Below are positions 1-10,106 of a stretch of 64,000 nt of DNA, piece by piece (the stretch's first letter is position 1; every line of letters starts with the position of its first letter). This stretch comes from an uncultured bacterium. GTDB taxonomy: Bacteria > Chlamydiota > Chlamydiia > Chlamydiales > FEN-1388. The notes under the pieces are model-generated. The model had not been told where the DNA came from. It ran no database searches and worked only from the letters and a program-made list of their open reading frames with translations. The stretch spans positions 47,137-111,136 of the forward strand of contig CAZASK010000002.1 in assembly GCA_964487845.1 (NCBI GenBank), read 5' to 3'. The position numbers and the translations under genes are program-made.

Positions 1-945
1 TCCTTCCTGCCATATTTCAGAAAAGTAGTGTTTTACCTCGTCTTTGCTTAGATTCCAGATTCCAAAACTCTTGATGCCTGGCGTGTCTACAACATAGCCG
101 CCAAATGTGAGAGGAAGAAGTTGTGCTAATGATGTTGTATGTGCCCCCTTTTTGGAGCGCTGCACGGTCTTTCCTACTTTTAAAGTGAGACCGCATACAG
201 CATTAATTAAGGAAGATTTTCCAGATCCTGATTGGCCTGAGAAAACTGAAATTTTTCCCTTCATAAGAGCTGCTAGTGATGAAATGCCCTCTTGAGTACT
301 GCAACTTGTAGCAATGACTTCGATACCGAGCGATCGATATATAGAAAGGCACTCAGAAAAAAGCTCCTTTTCTTCTTGAGGACCATTCTCGAGCAAATCA
401 ATTTTATTGATGACCAGCACAGGCGTCATACTTCCTTTTGCGGCAGCAATGACATATCGGTCGATAATAGCAGGCCGAAGTGGAGGATCAATTACTGAGG
501 TAACAATAAAAACGATGTCAATATTGGCGGCAATTGGATGTTCTTTTACTTGAGAAAGATGGTCGGCTCGGCTGAGTACACTTCTGCGTTCTTTGATAGA
601 GACGATTACTCCAAGAAGAGGGTGTTGTTCCTCGAGGAACACATGGTCGCCTACAACCAAGGTTCGTTTTGCCTTACTTTTGTTTTTTTTGAATACCCCG
701 CGTAGTGAACAGAGATAGGTTTGATCACTCACTTGTACTCTAATTTTCTGCCCTTGAATATGAGTGACTACTCCCATTAAAAGCTTTTCTTCTGGGAGAA
801 CAGGTTTTTCCAGCTGCTTTTTTTTCTTTAAATCGGTTTTTTTAAATTGAGATCGATCCAGCTTAGAGGCGAGCTTGCGATCAAGTCTTTGCTCTTTTCG
901 TGTCTGAAAATAATGTTCTTCGTCGTAAAAATGGGCATCTTTCAT
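1..945 (-). CDS. rsgA: Ribosome small-subunit-dependent GTPase A (RsgA/YjeQ); C-terminal end cut by window edge
   Basis: My own reverse-strand translation; it is absent from the ORF track because there is no stop in the window. ATG at 945-943 forms an ATGA overlap with the stop of the upstream gene. The product begins MKDAHFYDEEHYFQTRKEQ. It contains the P-loop SGQSGSGKSSLINAV (about 195-240) and VVDTPGIKSFG (about 61-95). The stretches I translated (1-360 and about 720-945) are in frame with the ATG and stop-free; the middle was not checked codon by codon. Confidence 0.85.
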   Translation of the reverse strand, partial: MKDAHFYDEEHYFQTRKEQRLDRKLASKLDRSQFKKTDLKKKKQLEKPVLPEEKLLMGVVTHIQGQKIRVQVSDQTYLCSLRGVFKKNKSKAKRTLVVGDHVFLEEQHPLLGVIVSIKERRSVLSRADHLSQVKEHPIAANIDIVFIVTSVIDPPLRPAIIDRYVIAAAKGSMTPVLVINKIDLLENGPQEEKELFSECLSIYRSLGIEVIATSCSTQEGISSLAALMKGKISVFSGQSGSGKSSLINAVCGLTLKVGKTVQRSKKGAHTTSLAQLLPLTFGGYVVDTPGIKSFGIWNLSKDEVKHYFSEIWQEG

Positions 946-1688
946 GCGGGCGCTCGAAGTAGGTGCATCAAAATACCTCCGGCGATAGCAACATTAAGGG
1001 ATGGCATGGAAGAAGATGTAGGGATTGAGACAACAGCAGCCTGGAGCGTTTTGGGAATTTGGATACCCTCGCCCTCGTTACCAAGGATAAGCGCAAGGCT
1101 ATCAGGGCAAAAGTGAGAGAGATTGTGTTCACCGCCAAAGTCTGCCACGAGTGGGATCATTTGATTTGCGTGAATGAGGCGTTCGAGCTCTTCCCAACTT
1201 CCTTGTTGTATAGGTAGCTGGAAAGTCGCGCCTTTTGCTGCGCGAAGGGCTTTATCTCCAAAGGGATCAGTGCAGCCAGGGAGAAGAAAAAGTCCATCCC
1301 ATCCAAGAGCAAGTGCTGATCTGAGGATGGTTCCTAGATTTCCGGGATCGCGGACTCTGTCGAGGGCGATAATGCGTTTTTTTTGAGTAAGTGGAACCAT
1401 TTCTGGGAATGGAAATTCTGCAATCATGCCTTCGCTTGTTTTTACAGAGGAGATTTTTTTCATGATCGCATCTGAAACGATCAAAACCTCGTTATATGGG
1501 AGATTCTCTGGAATGAGGGTTTGATCGGTGACAATAAGCCTAGTTATTTTGATCACACGTCCCAGATCTTGAATAGCATTTTTCCCTTCCAAAAGAAGGC
1601 TTTTGCATTCTCTTCTGTAATCGCTGTTTTTGGCAAGACCTACCAAATGCTGCACGATCGGGTTATGAATGCTTGAAATCGTTTTCAT
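942..1688 (-). CDS. TrmH/SpoU-family RNA 2'-O-methyltransferase
   Basis: 248-aa ORF. SpoU methylase motifs LDRVRDPGNLGTILRSA, LILGNEGEGI and SLNVAIAGGILM. N-terminal substrate-binding-like region. Confidence 0.85.
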   Translation of the reverse strand: MKTISSIHNPIVQHLVGLAKNSDYRRECKSLLLEGKNAIQDLGRVIKITRLIVTDQTLIPENLPYNEVLIVSDAIMKKISSVKTSEGMIAEFPFPEMVPLTQKKRIIALDRVRDPGNLGTILRSALALGWDGLFLLPGCTDPFGDKALRAAKGATFQLPIQQGSWEELERLIHANQMIPLVADFGGEHNLSHFCPDSLALILGNEGEGIQIPKTLQAAVVSIPTSSSMPSLNVAIAGGILMHLLRAPA

Positions 1689-2883
1689 GGAGCTCCTTCA
1701 GGGTATTGAGTAGTGTTGTTTTATCAATAATGCCTCTATTAATGCTTATTTTTTCAGCTTCTTGCAAGAGTTTTCCCATAATAACTCCTGGTTGAATGCC
1801 GATTGCTGCCAAGTCAGATGGGCATATAAGCGGCTCTTTTTGCTTTACCCTTTGAATAAAAAATCGAAGTGACTCTTCTTTTTGTACAAAAAAGTGAATA
1901 TTTTCTTCATTTTTATGGATAAGAAACATAAGGCATGCTCTTTTTTTATCATCTGCGAATAGGCAAGTCCAGTCATGATCTGTAGATTGCTGAGAATGAA
2001 GAAGTCGTTTGGTTTCTTTGTATGCTTGTATCCATTTCTTATCTTCGGAAGATCCTTTCACATACTCCACAAGATCAAGCAGATGATCATCGTCATTGAG
2101 AAGGTGTCCAATGATTACAATGAATGGCATAGTTGGATCGAGTGCGTTGATTTCGCCGAGCTGTGCTGCGAGCATTTCAGAAGATAGCTGAGAGAAGGAA
2201 GGGAAGATAGCTGATAAAAGCCCCAATTCGTTGAGAGTAATCAGAGCCTGTGAAAAAAAACCATTATTTTTTATTTTCGTTAGTTCTTGATAGACTCTCT
2301 CCATGGAGACGGCGGGTAAAAGTGTATGACTCATTTGTTTGATTGCTTGTGCTGTTTCTTCATCTAAGGAAAACTGATACCTGTTTTGAAAGCGGACAGC
2401 ACGAATCATTCTCAACCGGTCTTCTGAAAAACGAATACGAGGATCTCCTATAGTTCTAATAATTTTATGGGCAATATCTGTCCGGCCCCCTACATAGTCA
2501 AAAATGGAACTTGTCTCAGGATCAAAAAACATTCCGTTGATAGTAAAATCGCGGCGTTCAGCATCTTTTTGTGGAGTGCTCTTCAAAATGACAGCAGTAG
2601 GTCTCCTACCTCCTTCATACGCCATATCGCTACGGAAAGTTGCTACTTCAAAGTGAAACATCTCTTGTCTTACTAAAACTACCCCGAACTGGATACCAAC
2701 AGGAATAGTATACGGGAAGAGAGCTACAATTTCCTCGGGCAGCGCGTCTGTCGCGATGTCAATATCAGATGAGGGAATTCCCATGATAAGGTCGCGGACA
2801 AAGCCGCCAGCAAAATAGGCGGTATATCCATGAGACCGGAGAGTTTGGCAAATTTGTTTTGCGGCATCTTGTGCTGATAGCAT
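1663..2883 (-). CDS. tRNA nucleotidyltransferase / poly(A) polymerase family protein (CCA-adding enzyme type)
   Basis: 406-aa ORF. Pol-beta nucleotidyltransferase head GGFVRDLIMGIPSSDIDIAT, then RDFTINGMF and RMIRAVRF. Its 3' end overlaps the start of the downstream gene by 26 nt. Confidence 0.85.
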   Translation of the reverse strand: MLSAQDAAKQICQTLRSHGYTAYFAGGFVRDLIMGIPSSDIDIATDALPEEIVALFPYTIPVGIQFGVVLVRQEMFHFEVATFRSDMAYEGGRRPTAVILKSTPQKDAERRDFTINGMFFDPETSSIFDYVGGRTDIAHKIIRTIGDPRIRFSEDRLRMIRAVRFQNRYQFSLDEETAQAIKQMSHTLLPAVSMERVYQELTKIKNNGFFSQALITLNELGLLSAIFPSFSQLSSEMLAAQLGEINALDPTMPFIVIIGHLLNDDDHLLDLVEYVKGSSEDKKWIQAYKETKRLLHSQQSTDHDWTCLFADDKKRACLMFLIHKNEENIHFFVQKEESLRFFIQRVKQKEPLICPSDLAAIGIQPGVIMGKLLQEAEKISINRGIIDKTTLLNTLKELHENDFKHS

Positions 2884-2946
2884 ATGAATTAAGCTTGAAT
2901 TATGGTTTTTCTCAGTTTATTCTATTGTCACCTAAAAGATAGAATT

Positions 2947-4731
2947 ATGGCTGCAAAAATCCGCGTTCTTGATGAACAAACAATTAATCAAATAGCCGCC
3001 GGCGAGGTGATAGAAAATCCAGCGTCGGTTGTAAAAGAGCTCGTCGAAAATGCAATCGACGCTTGCGCTGATGATATTATTATCGAAATTTTAGGAAGTG
3101 GTCATCAGTTGATTCGAGTTCAGGATAATGGCTCAGGGATGACCCAGGATGAGGTTTTGCTCTGTCTAGAAAGACACGCCACATCAAAATTGAACTCTTT
3201 TTCAGATATTTTTTCTTTGAAGACAATGGGATTTCGGGGAGAAGCCATTCCATCAATTGCATCTGTATCAGAAATGACAATAATTACCTCACCTCGTCTA
3301 TTTGAAAAAGAGCTGTTGCAAGATGCTACTGTTGTAGAGGTTCATGGGGGAAAAATAAAGTCCTGTAGCCGGACGCAATGCTTTTCTGGAACGACTATTG
3401 AAGTACGATCTCTTTTTTACAATACGCCTGCAAGAAAAAAATTTCAAAAATCACAAGCAAAAGATGCTCAAGATATTACAAAAATGGTGAATCAGCTCGC
3501 TCTAGCACATCCAGAGGTTGGATTTAAGCTGATTCTCAATGGATCTCAACAGCTCTACGTTGAAAAAGCATCATGGGATCGATTATCAGATCGCGTTGGG
3601 TCTATAATTGGACGCTCTCTTTTTTCGAAAATGAAATATGTTTTTAAAACAGTGCATGGAGTCACTATTGTAGGATATATTCATGATGAAAGTGGAAGTT
3701 TTTCAAATAGAAATTATCAGTATTTTTTTGTAAATCAAAGGCCTATTGTATCTCTAGCTCTTTCATTTGCTGTCAAAAATAGTTATGGATCACTTATTGA
3801 TCCTCAGAGACATCCAGCATGTGTGCTGTATCTTCAGTTTCCCGAAGATACAATAGATGTAAATGTACATCCTCAAAAAAAAGAAGTGCGCTTTCATGAA
3901 GAAGATAAGGTTCGAGCTGCAGTCATAGAGGCAGTTTCAGCGGCATTATATCCTTCGATTCACAAGAGTTGGGATCTAGGAGATCCTTCACAAGCGGTCT
4001 TTGAGAGTGCAAATAGCGTGATTGATTATAAATCTATCGATCCAGAACGCCCTATTTTATGCGAAAAAATAGCACCTACAAAGCAAGTAGAAGCGCTTGT
4101 GTATGAGATGCCGCTCAATACGTTTCGATTAGTCGGAATATTCCGAGAGTATGTTCTTGTTGAGATGCAGTGGGCGGATGATTTGAAAAAAAATGCTCCA
4201 GCAGAGCTGCATGAAGAGGGTATCCTCTTCGTGAATGTAGGAAGAGGGCTGTCTCGCGTTGCATATGAAGATTTGATGCAGCAAGGCCAGAGAGGGGCCA
4301 AAATTATCGAATCGCAATCGCTACTGATTCCTGTTTTCATAGAGCTTCAGCATCAAGAAGCTGCATTTTTACTTAAAATGATCCCGTATTTGTACAATCT
4401 TGGGTTCTCCGTAAGAGAGTTTGGAAGTAATTGTTTTCTAATCGAGGCAATTCCTCCAGCTTTTACCCAACTTGCAAGCAATGAATTAAAGGAATTCATC
4501 TTGAAAATAGTCGATGGGGCAGAAGTTGGATCATTTCATCCAGAGCAAGAAGCAAGAAGAGTAGCTATTCTCGCAAGCAAGAGCTATCGCTTGCAAAATA
4601 GTGTAAGCGACGATTTTGCAAGAAAATTTATCAACAGATTGCTCTCTTGTAGTCACCCATTTATTTGTCCTTTTGGGAAGGCAGTTTTTGCTACAATATC
4701 GGAAACAGAGTTATTGAAAAAGTTTAGCTAA
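2947..4731 (+). CDS. mutL: DNA mismatch repair protein MutL
   Basis: The ORF track gives 2902-4731. The conserved N-terminus MAAKIRVLDEQTINQIAAGEVIENPASVVKELVENAIDA starts at ATG 2947. GHKL ATPase motifs DNGSGM and GFRGEA are present. Confidence 0.92.
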   Translation: MAAKIRVLDEQTINQIAAGEVIENPASVVKELVENAIDACADDIIIEILGSGHQLIRVQDNGSGMTQDEVLLCLERHATSKLNSFSDIFSLKTMGFRGEAIPSIASVSEMTIITSPRLFEKELLQDATVVEVHGGKIKSCSRTQCFSGTTIEVRSLFYNTPARKKFQKSQAKDAQDITKMVNQLALAHPEVGFKLILNGSQQLYVEKASWDRLSDRVGSIIGRSLFSKMKYVFKTVHGVTIVGYIHDESGSFSNRNYQYFFVNQRPIVSLALSFAVKNSYGSLIDPQRHPACVLYLQFPEDTIDVNVHPQKKEVRFHEEDKVRAAVIEAVSAALYPSIHKSWDLGDPSQAVFESANSVIDYKSIDPERPILCEKIAPTKQVEALVYEMPLNTFRLVGIFREYVLVEMQWADDLKKNAPAELHEEGILFVNVGRGLSRVAYEDLMQQGQRGAKIIESQSLLIPVFIELQHQEAAFLLKMIPYLYNLGFSVREFGSNCFLIEAIPPAFTQLASNELKEFILKIVDGAEVGSFHPEQEARRVAILASKSYRLQNSVSDDFARKFINRLLSCSHPFICPFGKAVFATISETELLKKFS

Positions 4732-4740
4732 AGGACTCTT

Positions 4741-5847
4741 ATGCCGCATGGGCGTATTGGAATATTACAGAAAAAACTACACAAATTGGCAGTTGATGCT
4801 TTTTTAGTGAGTAACCCCCTCGATATTCGATATTTTACAGGGATGCATCTCTCAAAAGGGATGTTATTTGTTTCTTCTCAGAAAGCTGTTTTATTTATTG
4901 ATGGACGCTACTTTGAAACTGCCTCGAAAAAACTCGACTGTGAAGTCGTTTTATGGGGGAAAAATGCCCTCTCTGATTTCCTAGATAAAGAGGAGTTGTC
5001 TTCGATCAAGCGAATAGGAATAGACGCGGGAAAAACAACACTTGCTTGCTTTTCTGATCTACAAAATGAAATAAAAGGAGGAGTAATCAAACGACAATGC
5101 ATCCCTGTTCGTCAGCCAATCGATAGTATACGAGCAATAAAAGATGGTAAGGAGATTTCTAAGATCAAAGCCTCTTGTAGATTGTGTATAGATGGATTTT
5201 TATCTATTCAGAAGCATATTTATGAAGGCGTTACTGAGAAGGAGCTAGCCACGCACGTAGAAATTTTTTGGAGAGAGCAAGGAGCTGAGTCAAGCGCTTT
5301 TTCTCCTATTATTGCATTTTCAGAAAATAGCTCTATGCCGCATTACCAATCAGGAAATAGAAAGCTCAAAAAAGGGGATATCATCTTAGTTGATATAGGC
5401 GTTGTACTTGATGGGTACTGCTCTGATATGACCAGGATGCTATCATTTGGGGTAAAGAATAAAAAACTACTCGATATGTTTTCTGTGGTAAAGTGCGCTC
5501 AAGAGGCCGCCCTTGCAGCCTGTGTTCCAGGGCGCACTTTTACTGAACTCGATGAGGTGGCAAGGACCGTGATTCAAGAACATGGATATGGCGACTATTT
5601 TGTTCATTCGCTTGGGCATGGATTAGGGCTTGAAATCCATGAGTGGCCCATATTAAAACAAGAGACAAATAGGCAGCTCGCAAGGAAGCAAGTGCTTGAG
5701 GACAATATGTGCATCACAATTGAGCCCGGTATTTATATACCTCAAATTGGAGGAATACGTATTGAGGACACAGTGCGTATTACAAAAAATGGGCCGGAAA
5801 TCTTGACCAAATGCTCAAAAGAGCTCATCAATGTGAAAGTTCAATAG
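4741..5847 (+). CDS. pepP: Xaa-Pro aminopeptidase/dipeptidase, peptidase family M24B
   Basis: 368 aa. Metal-ligand blocks DIGVVLDGYCSDMTR, HSLGHGLGLEIHE, ITIEPGIY and IRIEDTV. Confidence 0.85.
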   Translation: MPHGRIGILQKKLHKLAVDAFLVSNPLDIRYFTGMHLSKGMLFVSSQKAVLFIDGRYFETASKKLDCEVVLWGKNALSDFLDKEELSSIKRIGIDAGKTTLACFSDLQNEIKGGVIKRQCIPVRQPIDSIRAIKDGKEISKIKASCRLCIDGFLSIQKHIYEGVTEKELATHVEIFWREQGAESSAFSPIIAFSENSSMPHYQSGNRKLKKGDIILVDIGVVLDGYCSDMTRMLSFGVKNKKLLDMFSVVKCAQEAALAACVPGRTFTELDEVARTVIQEHGYGDYFVHSLGHGLGLEIHEWPILKQETNRQLARKQVLEDNMCITIEPGIYIPQIGGIRIEDTVRITKNGPEILTKCSKELINVKVQ

Positions 5848-6817
5848 GCTTTTGCGGCGCAATCACACTTACATATCGTAGGTCATAGAGATCATGAGCA
5901 AGTGGCTCAGCAAGAATATCATACGCGATGGCACCTTCTTTGAGTGGAGCTATCGAGTGTACGCGTGCGATTGGAAGTCCCTCTGGAAATACGCCATCTA
6001 ATCCACTTGTTACGAGAAGATCTTGTGTTTGTATGAGAGCAGGCTCTCCTTCTAGGGGACGAAGCGGTCTAGCGGGGCCATGTATATCTGGAAAGTCATA
6101 GTGAAACCCCACTCCTTTAAGAAATCTACCTGGAGCGCGTAGAAAAGGTTCCCCATGACCTTGTAGCTCGCCTTTTGCAAGAAATTGCGTGACCTTACTG
6201 TGTTGAAGTGATGTACTCAACTCATCGAGCAAAAGGTGCAGCATAGGTAACTTGTGCATATCGTCAAATACAATGAGTGAGCTTTTCCGTATCTCATCTA
6301 TAGAGCGCAGAATTCGTGTATATTCAATAGAACCACGCGCTACTCGTACAGCAGGAGTTAGCCCAGAATCGGTAATAAGGCGCACAAGGCTCGTTTTCTT
6401 CCCTAAATAGTCGATTACGCCAACAACTGCATCTCCGCTTAAGACAGGACTATTTATGCATGCTATGGGATGTTCTGGATCTGTATTATCATCTGCGCCT
6501 ACGTCAATCCAGACGGAACTGCTCCAGCTATGGATAGATCGAAAAATCACTTTTCCAATGAGATAGGGGTATTTCTGCTCTTGAAAAGAGGCGATATTTG
6601 CTCTTTCCGATCCATTTTTTTGAAACCACAGTTTCAAAGAGGTGCGTTGCATCACTTCTTCGGAAGGCGTTTTTTTTTGTTGAGGAAATGAAAAGATGGT
6701 GGCAAGAGCATTCCCACCAAGTTCTTGCAACTTTTTATTTAAAGCTAGAGGCAAGCTTAATAAAATAAGCGCTACTATAAAAGGGAAAAATCCAACAAAG
6801 GAGGTGCTACGTCTCAT
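5828..6817 (-). CDS. mreC: Rod shape-determining protein MreC
   Basis: 329 aa. N-terminal TM segment and the C-terminal motif LLVTSGLDGVFPEGLPIARV typical of MreC. It neighbours aspC/tyrB, as I recall for Chlamydia genomes. Confidence 0.75.
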   Translation of the reverse strand: MRRSTSFVGFFPFIVALILLSLPLALNKKLQELGGNALATIFSFPQQKKTPSEEVMQRTSLKLWFQKNGSERANIASFQEQKYPYLIGKVIFRSIHSWSSSVWIDVGADDNTDPEHPIACINSPVLSGDAVVGVIDYLGKKTSLVRLITDSGLTPAVRVARGSIEYTRILRSIDEIRKSSLIVFDDMHKLPMLHLLLDELSTSLQHSKVTQFLAKGELQGHGEPFLRAPGRFLKGVGFHYDFPDIHGPARPLRPLEGEPALIQTQDLLVTSGLDGVFPEGLPIARVHSIAPLKEGAIAYDILAEPLAHDLYDLRYVSVIAPQKPIELSH

Positions 6818-7971
6818 CGTGCTACTCTATGTGCGATCCTTTTTGCGTTTGTTTCAGTAACTGCTGCAATATTAATGCGGCCATCATCGGCAAGGTAGAT
6901 CCCTTCTTGTCTTAATTCGAGAATCTTTTCAATAGGGATGTGAAGTTGAGAAAAAAGACCAATACCTTTTTCAATAGACGCGGCAAGGGAGCCGCAATGC
7001 GCAGCATGCAGAATTTCTTGGAAAAGCTTTCGTTTTTTCCCAATCGATTCTCGTATTGTAGCTAATTCTCTTTCCCAGGTGGCTCGTAGAGCAGAATCTG
7101 ACAATATGGTGGCTACAATACGGGCTCCATGGGCAGGGGGGCTACTATAAGTGGTACGAATAATTTTTTTTATCTGACTAGAAATTGGGTCAATTGCACT
7201 ATTGGATACAATGGTGAGAGCTCCTATTCGTTCTGAGTAGATGCCAAAATTTTTAGCAAAAGAGGTGGTTATAAGAAATTCATGGCCATCTCTTGCGAAA
7301 AGATCAATCGAAAGCACATCCTCAGCAAGTCCATTTCCGAGTCCTTGGTAGGCAAGATCAAAGATTGGAATCATTTTTTTCTCTAGAATAAGGAAGCTAA
7401 GCTGCTGCCATTCGTCCATGGTGGGATCAATGCCTGTTGGATTATGACACGATGCTTGCAGTACAATAGCCGACCCTTCTTTGGCATTTTGAATAGCAGG
7501 AATTATCGCCTGAATATCGAGATGGCCATTCGGTTGTGCCTTATAGGGATAACTGTGGGTAGTAAATCCACAAGCTTGAAATAGCTTATGATGATTGACC
7601 CATGTAGGGTCAGGAATGAGTACTTCTTTTGTAAGAAATCGACTAAGAAACATGGCTCCTACATAGAGAGCCCCTGTTCCCCCTACTGTTTGAGCTGTGT
7701 AACTATTCGCGTGTGTTGGGAGTAGAAGATTTGCTACTTGTTGCCTAAGTTCTGGAAGGCCGTCTATAGGTAGGTAAGCCTTTGTTTCACTTTGCCTGAT
7801 AAGCTCTTCTGTTTTGAGTACGACATCAAATTTCTTAAGAGAGCTGTCTTCATTGATTAGGATGCCGATACTGAGGTTTGATTTGTCAGCTCTCTTGTCT
7901 TGCTTAATCGCAAGCTGCAGTCCATAGATAGGATCTTGCGGTTCTGTTGGTATGGTGGTGAATTTTGTCAT
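6814..7971 (-). CDS. aspC: Aspartate/aromatic amino acid aminotransferase (class I, AspC/TyrB type)
   Basis: 385 aa. PLP-lysine block SFAKNFGIYSERIGAL, plus HNPTGIDPT and GGTGAL. Confidence 0.88.
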   Translation of the reverse strand: MTKFTTIPTEPQDPIYGLQLAIKQDKRADKSNLSIGILINEDSSLKKFDVVLKTEELIRQSETKAYLPIDGLPELRQQVANLLLPTHANSYTAQTVGGTGALYVGAMFLSRFLTKEVLIPDPTWVNHHKLFQACGFTTHSYPYKAQPNGHLDIQAIIPAIQNAKEGSAIVLQASCHNPTGIDPTMDEWQQLSFLILEKKMIPIFDLAYQGLGNGLAEDVLSIDLFARDGHEFLITTSFAKNFGIYSERIGALTIVSNSAIDPISSQIKKIIRTTYSSPPAHGARIVATILSDSALRATWERELATIRESIGKKRKLFQEILHAAHCGSLAASIEKGIGLFSQLHIPIEKILELRQEGIYLADDGRINIAAVTETNAKRIAHRVAR

Positions 7972-8036
7972 GTGTTATCCAAAATTTAATCGACTATTAT
8001 CTGAAAATGGCCTAACATCTTTGGCATATCGTTTAT

Positions 8037-8109
8037 GGGGCGTTAGCTCAGTTGGTAGAGCGCAACAATGGCATTGTTGAGGTCATCGGTTCGAATCCGT
8101 TACGCTCCA
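8037..8109 (+). tRNA. tRNA-Ala (anticodon GGC)
   Basis: Hand-folded cloverleaf. The acceptor stem GGGGCGT/ACGCTCC includes the G3:U70 alanine identity pair. Anticodon stem CAACA/TGTTG with loop ATGGCAT. T-arm GGTTCGAATCC. CCA is not encoded. Confidence 0.9.
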
Positions 8110-8127
8110 AATCCCATGCACATATTA

Positions 8128-8287
8128 GACTTCTTTCGAAACTCCATTAGTTGTTAAAATTACCATTTTTGGCATCTTTTCCTGCAAATTTTTCGATCAT
8201 ATGCTCGCATATTGCTCTCTAAATTTGCAACTAAACCTGCTCAAAAATCATCAATGTTTCCAACCAAAGCGAGTTTCGAAAGAGGTC
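8128..8287. repeat. 160-bp imperfect palindromic intergenic element (copy C of the family)
   Basis: The termini GACTTCTTTCGAAACTC (8128-8144) and GAGTTTCGAAAGAGGTC (8271-8287) are inverted repeats with one mismatch. The internal halves are also roughly self-complementary. The right half (..AAAAATCATCAATGTTTCCAACCAAAGCGAGTTTCGAAAGAGG) aligns with the right half of the element at 10945-11111. Confidence 0.75.
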
Positions 8288-9948
8288 TATTCTTCCTCTA
8301 ACATATCTAAGAATGCTTTTAGCTGCTTGGAGCGCGTCGGGTGACGCATTTTCCGCAGAGCTTTTGCTTCAATTTGTCTGATGCGTTCTCTCGTAACATT
8401 GAATTCAAGCCCTACCTCTTCGAGGGTCTTTGGCTTTCCATCCAATAGACCAAAACGGCGAATAAGTACTTTTCTTTCTCTGTCGGTGAGCGTTTCAAGA
8501 ACATCATTGATTTTGTCTTTTAAAATCGCATAGCCAGTTGCTTCTGCTGGAGAGTCTGCAGAGGTATCTTCAATGAAGTCCCCAAATTGACTCTCGCCAC
8601 TGTCGCCAACTTCAGCTTGAAGAGAGATAGGATGTTGGGCGATTTTGTAAATCTCCCTTACACGATCCGGCGTTATACCGACTTCCTCTGCCAGTTCTTC
8701 TGGAGTGGGCTCTCGTCCTGTTTCCATCATCAACTTTTTGGCTCCACGAAGTACTTTATTGATCGTTTCTATCATGTGGACAGGAATACGTATCGTCCTT
8801 GCTTGATCTGCAATGGCCCGAGTTACTGCCTGGCGAATCCACCAGGTGGCATACGTTGAAAATTTGTAGCCTCTTCGGTACTCAAATTTTTCTACAGCCT
8901 TCATCAGGCCCATATTCCCTTCTTGGATTAAGTCAAGGAAGGAAAGCCCTCTATTGGTATATTTTTTGGCAATGGAAATTACAAGGCGTAGGTTTGACTC
9001 TACCATCTCACGCTTCGCTTCTTGGCTCTTATCCATCCAGCGCTGAAGCATGCGTACATCCTTCTTAAAATCCTCTAGGGACCTACCAGCAGCAAGCTCG
9101 AGTTTTTTGAGACGTCTTTTCGCGGCGAGTAGTTTTGCGTGGGCGAACTTGTTTCTCTGTGCTCGAGGAGTAATTTCATGTATCTCTTTTTCAAGAAAAA
9201 GGAACCGCTCATAAGCACGCAGAATTACCTCGCTGAAATCATCAATGATGTTGTGCTTGAAGTGGAGTCTTCTTAAATAGGCTTGAGTGCGAATGCGGCA
9301 CTTTTCGGTCTCTTCATCTAAGTGGGACTGCTCGCTTTCCTTTTTTGAGCTCGCTCTATTCAGCAACAGCTTTTCGAGGATATTATCTTCTTCTTTTAAA
9401 AGATGTGCAATTTTCGGAAGCAGATTGAGAAATTCTTGACGATTAGGGACCTCTTTTTCGCTGATAACCTTGTCAAAGCGATCTTTTGTTTGAATGAGAT
9501 AATTGGTAATTGCCGTGGCTTCTTTTGCAGAATAGCGGAATCGCATGATGATGCGCTCTATTTGAATTTGCGCTTTTTCAATCCGCTTTGAAATTTCAAC
9601 TTCTTCTTCCCTTGTAAGCAAGGGAACAGAGCCCATTTCTTTCAAATACATGCGTACAGGGTCATCGGAAGTGCCTTCAACGCGCTTGGGGAGATTGTCG
9701 AGTTCTTTTGCTTCTTTCTTCTTTTCTTTTTGCTTGTCTACCTCTGCTTGGTTCAGCACCTGTACATCAAGTCCTGATAGAAAAATCAGCACCTGATCGA
9801 TTAAATCTGCAGAATCAAATGTCATCGGCAAGATGTCATTGATTTCTTCGTAGGTGATATAGCCTTGCTGTCTTGCAAGGGCTAGAAGTTCTTCGACTTT
9901 TTCTTGTTGCTGAGGAGTAAATAGATCTTTAAAACTCAATCTGCTCAT
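8287..9948 (-). CDS. rpoD: RNA polymerase primary sigma factor (sigma-70/sigma-66 type)
   Basis: 553 aa. Region 2 [37 protein letters not shown], region 3, and region 4 [30 protein letters not shown]. Confidence 0.95.
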   Translation of the reverse strand: MSRLSFKDLFTPQQQEKVEELLALARQQGYITYEEINDILPMTFDSADLIDQVLIFLSGLDVQVLNQAEVDKQKEKKKEAKELDNLPKRVEGTSDDPVRMYLKEMGSVPLLTREEEVEISKRIEKAQIQIERIIMRFRYSAKEATAITNYLIQTKDRFDKVISEKEVPNRQEFLNLLPKIAHLLKEEDNILEKLLLNRASSKKESEQSHLDEETEKCRIRTQAYLRRLHFKHNIIDDFSEVILRAYERFLFLEKEIHEITPRAQRNKFAHAKLLAAKRRLKKLELAAGRSLEDFKKDVRMLQRWMDKSQEAKREMVESNLRLVISIAKKYTNRGLSFLDLIQEGNMGLMKAVEKFEYRRGYKFSTYATWWIRQAVTRAIADQARTIRIPVHMIETINKVLRGAKKLMMETGREPTPEELAEEVGITPDRVREIYKIAQHPISLQAEVGDSGESQFGDFIEDTSADSPAEATGYAILKDKINDVLETLTDRERKVLIRRFGLLDGKPKTLEEVGLEFNVTRERIRQIEAKALRKMRHPTRSKQLKAFLDMLEEE

Positions 9949-10106
9949 GAATGCATCCCAAAAAGAAGAGAATGTGTTGCGCTATACTAGCAATCACAAC
10001 ATTTTCAAATAAATATCCCCTGATTATGGAGGAAAGATAACTATTTTTCTAGCAAATGTTTGTTTGTGGTATAAGAGCTCCCCGATTGAAAGAGAGTTTT
10101 CGATAG

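Noticed and set aside
107-1116. Plus-strand ORFs of 62-89 aa at the left edge (107-295, 292-498, 847-1116).
   Set aside because: The minus strand encodes an uninterrupted RsgA with diagnostic GTPase motifs. The plus-strand ORFs are out-of-frame shadows.
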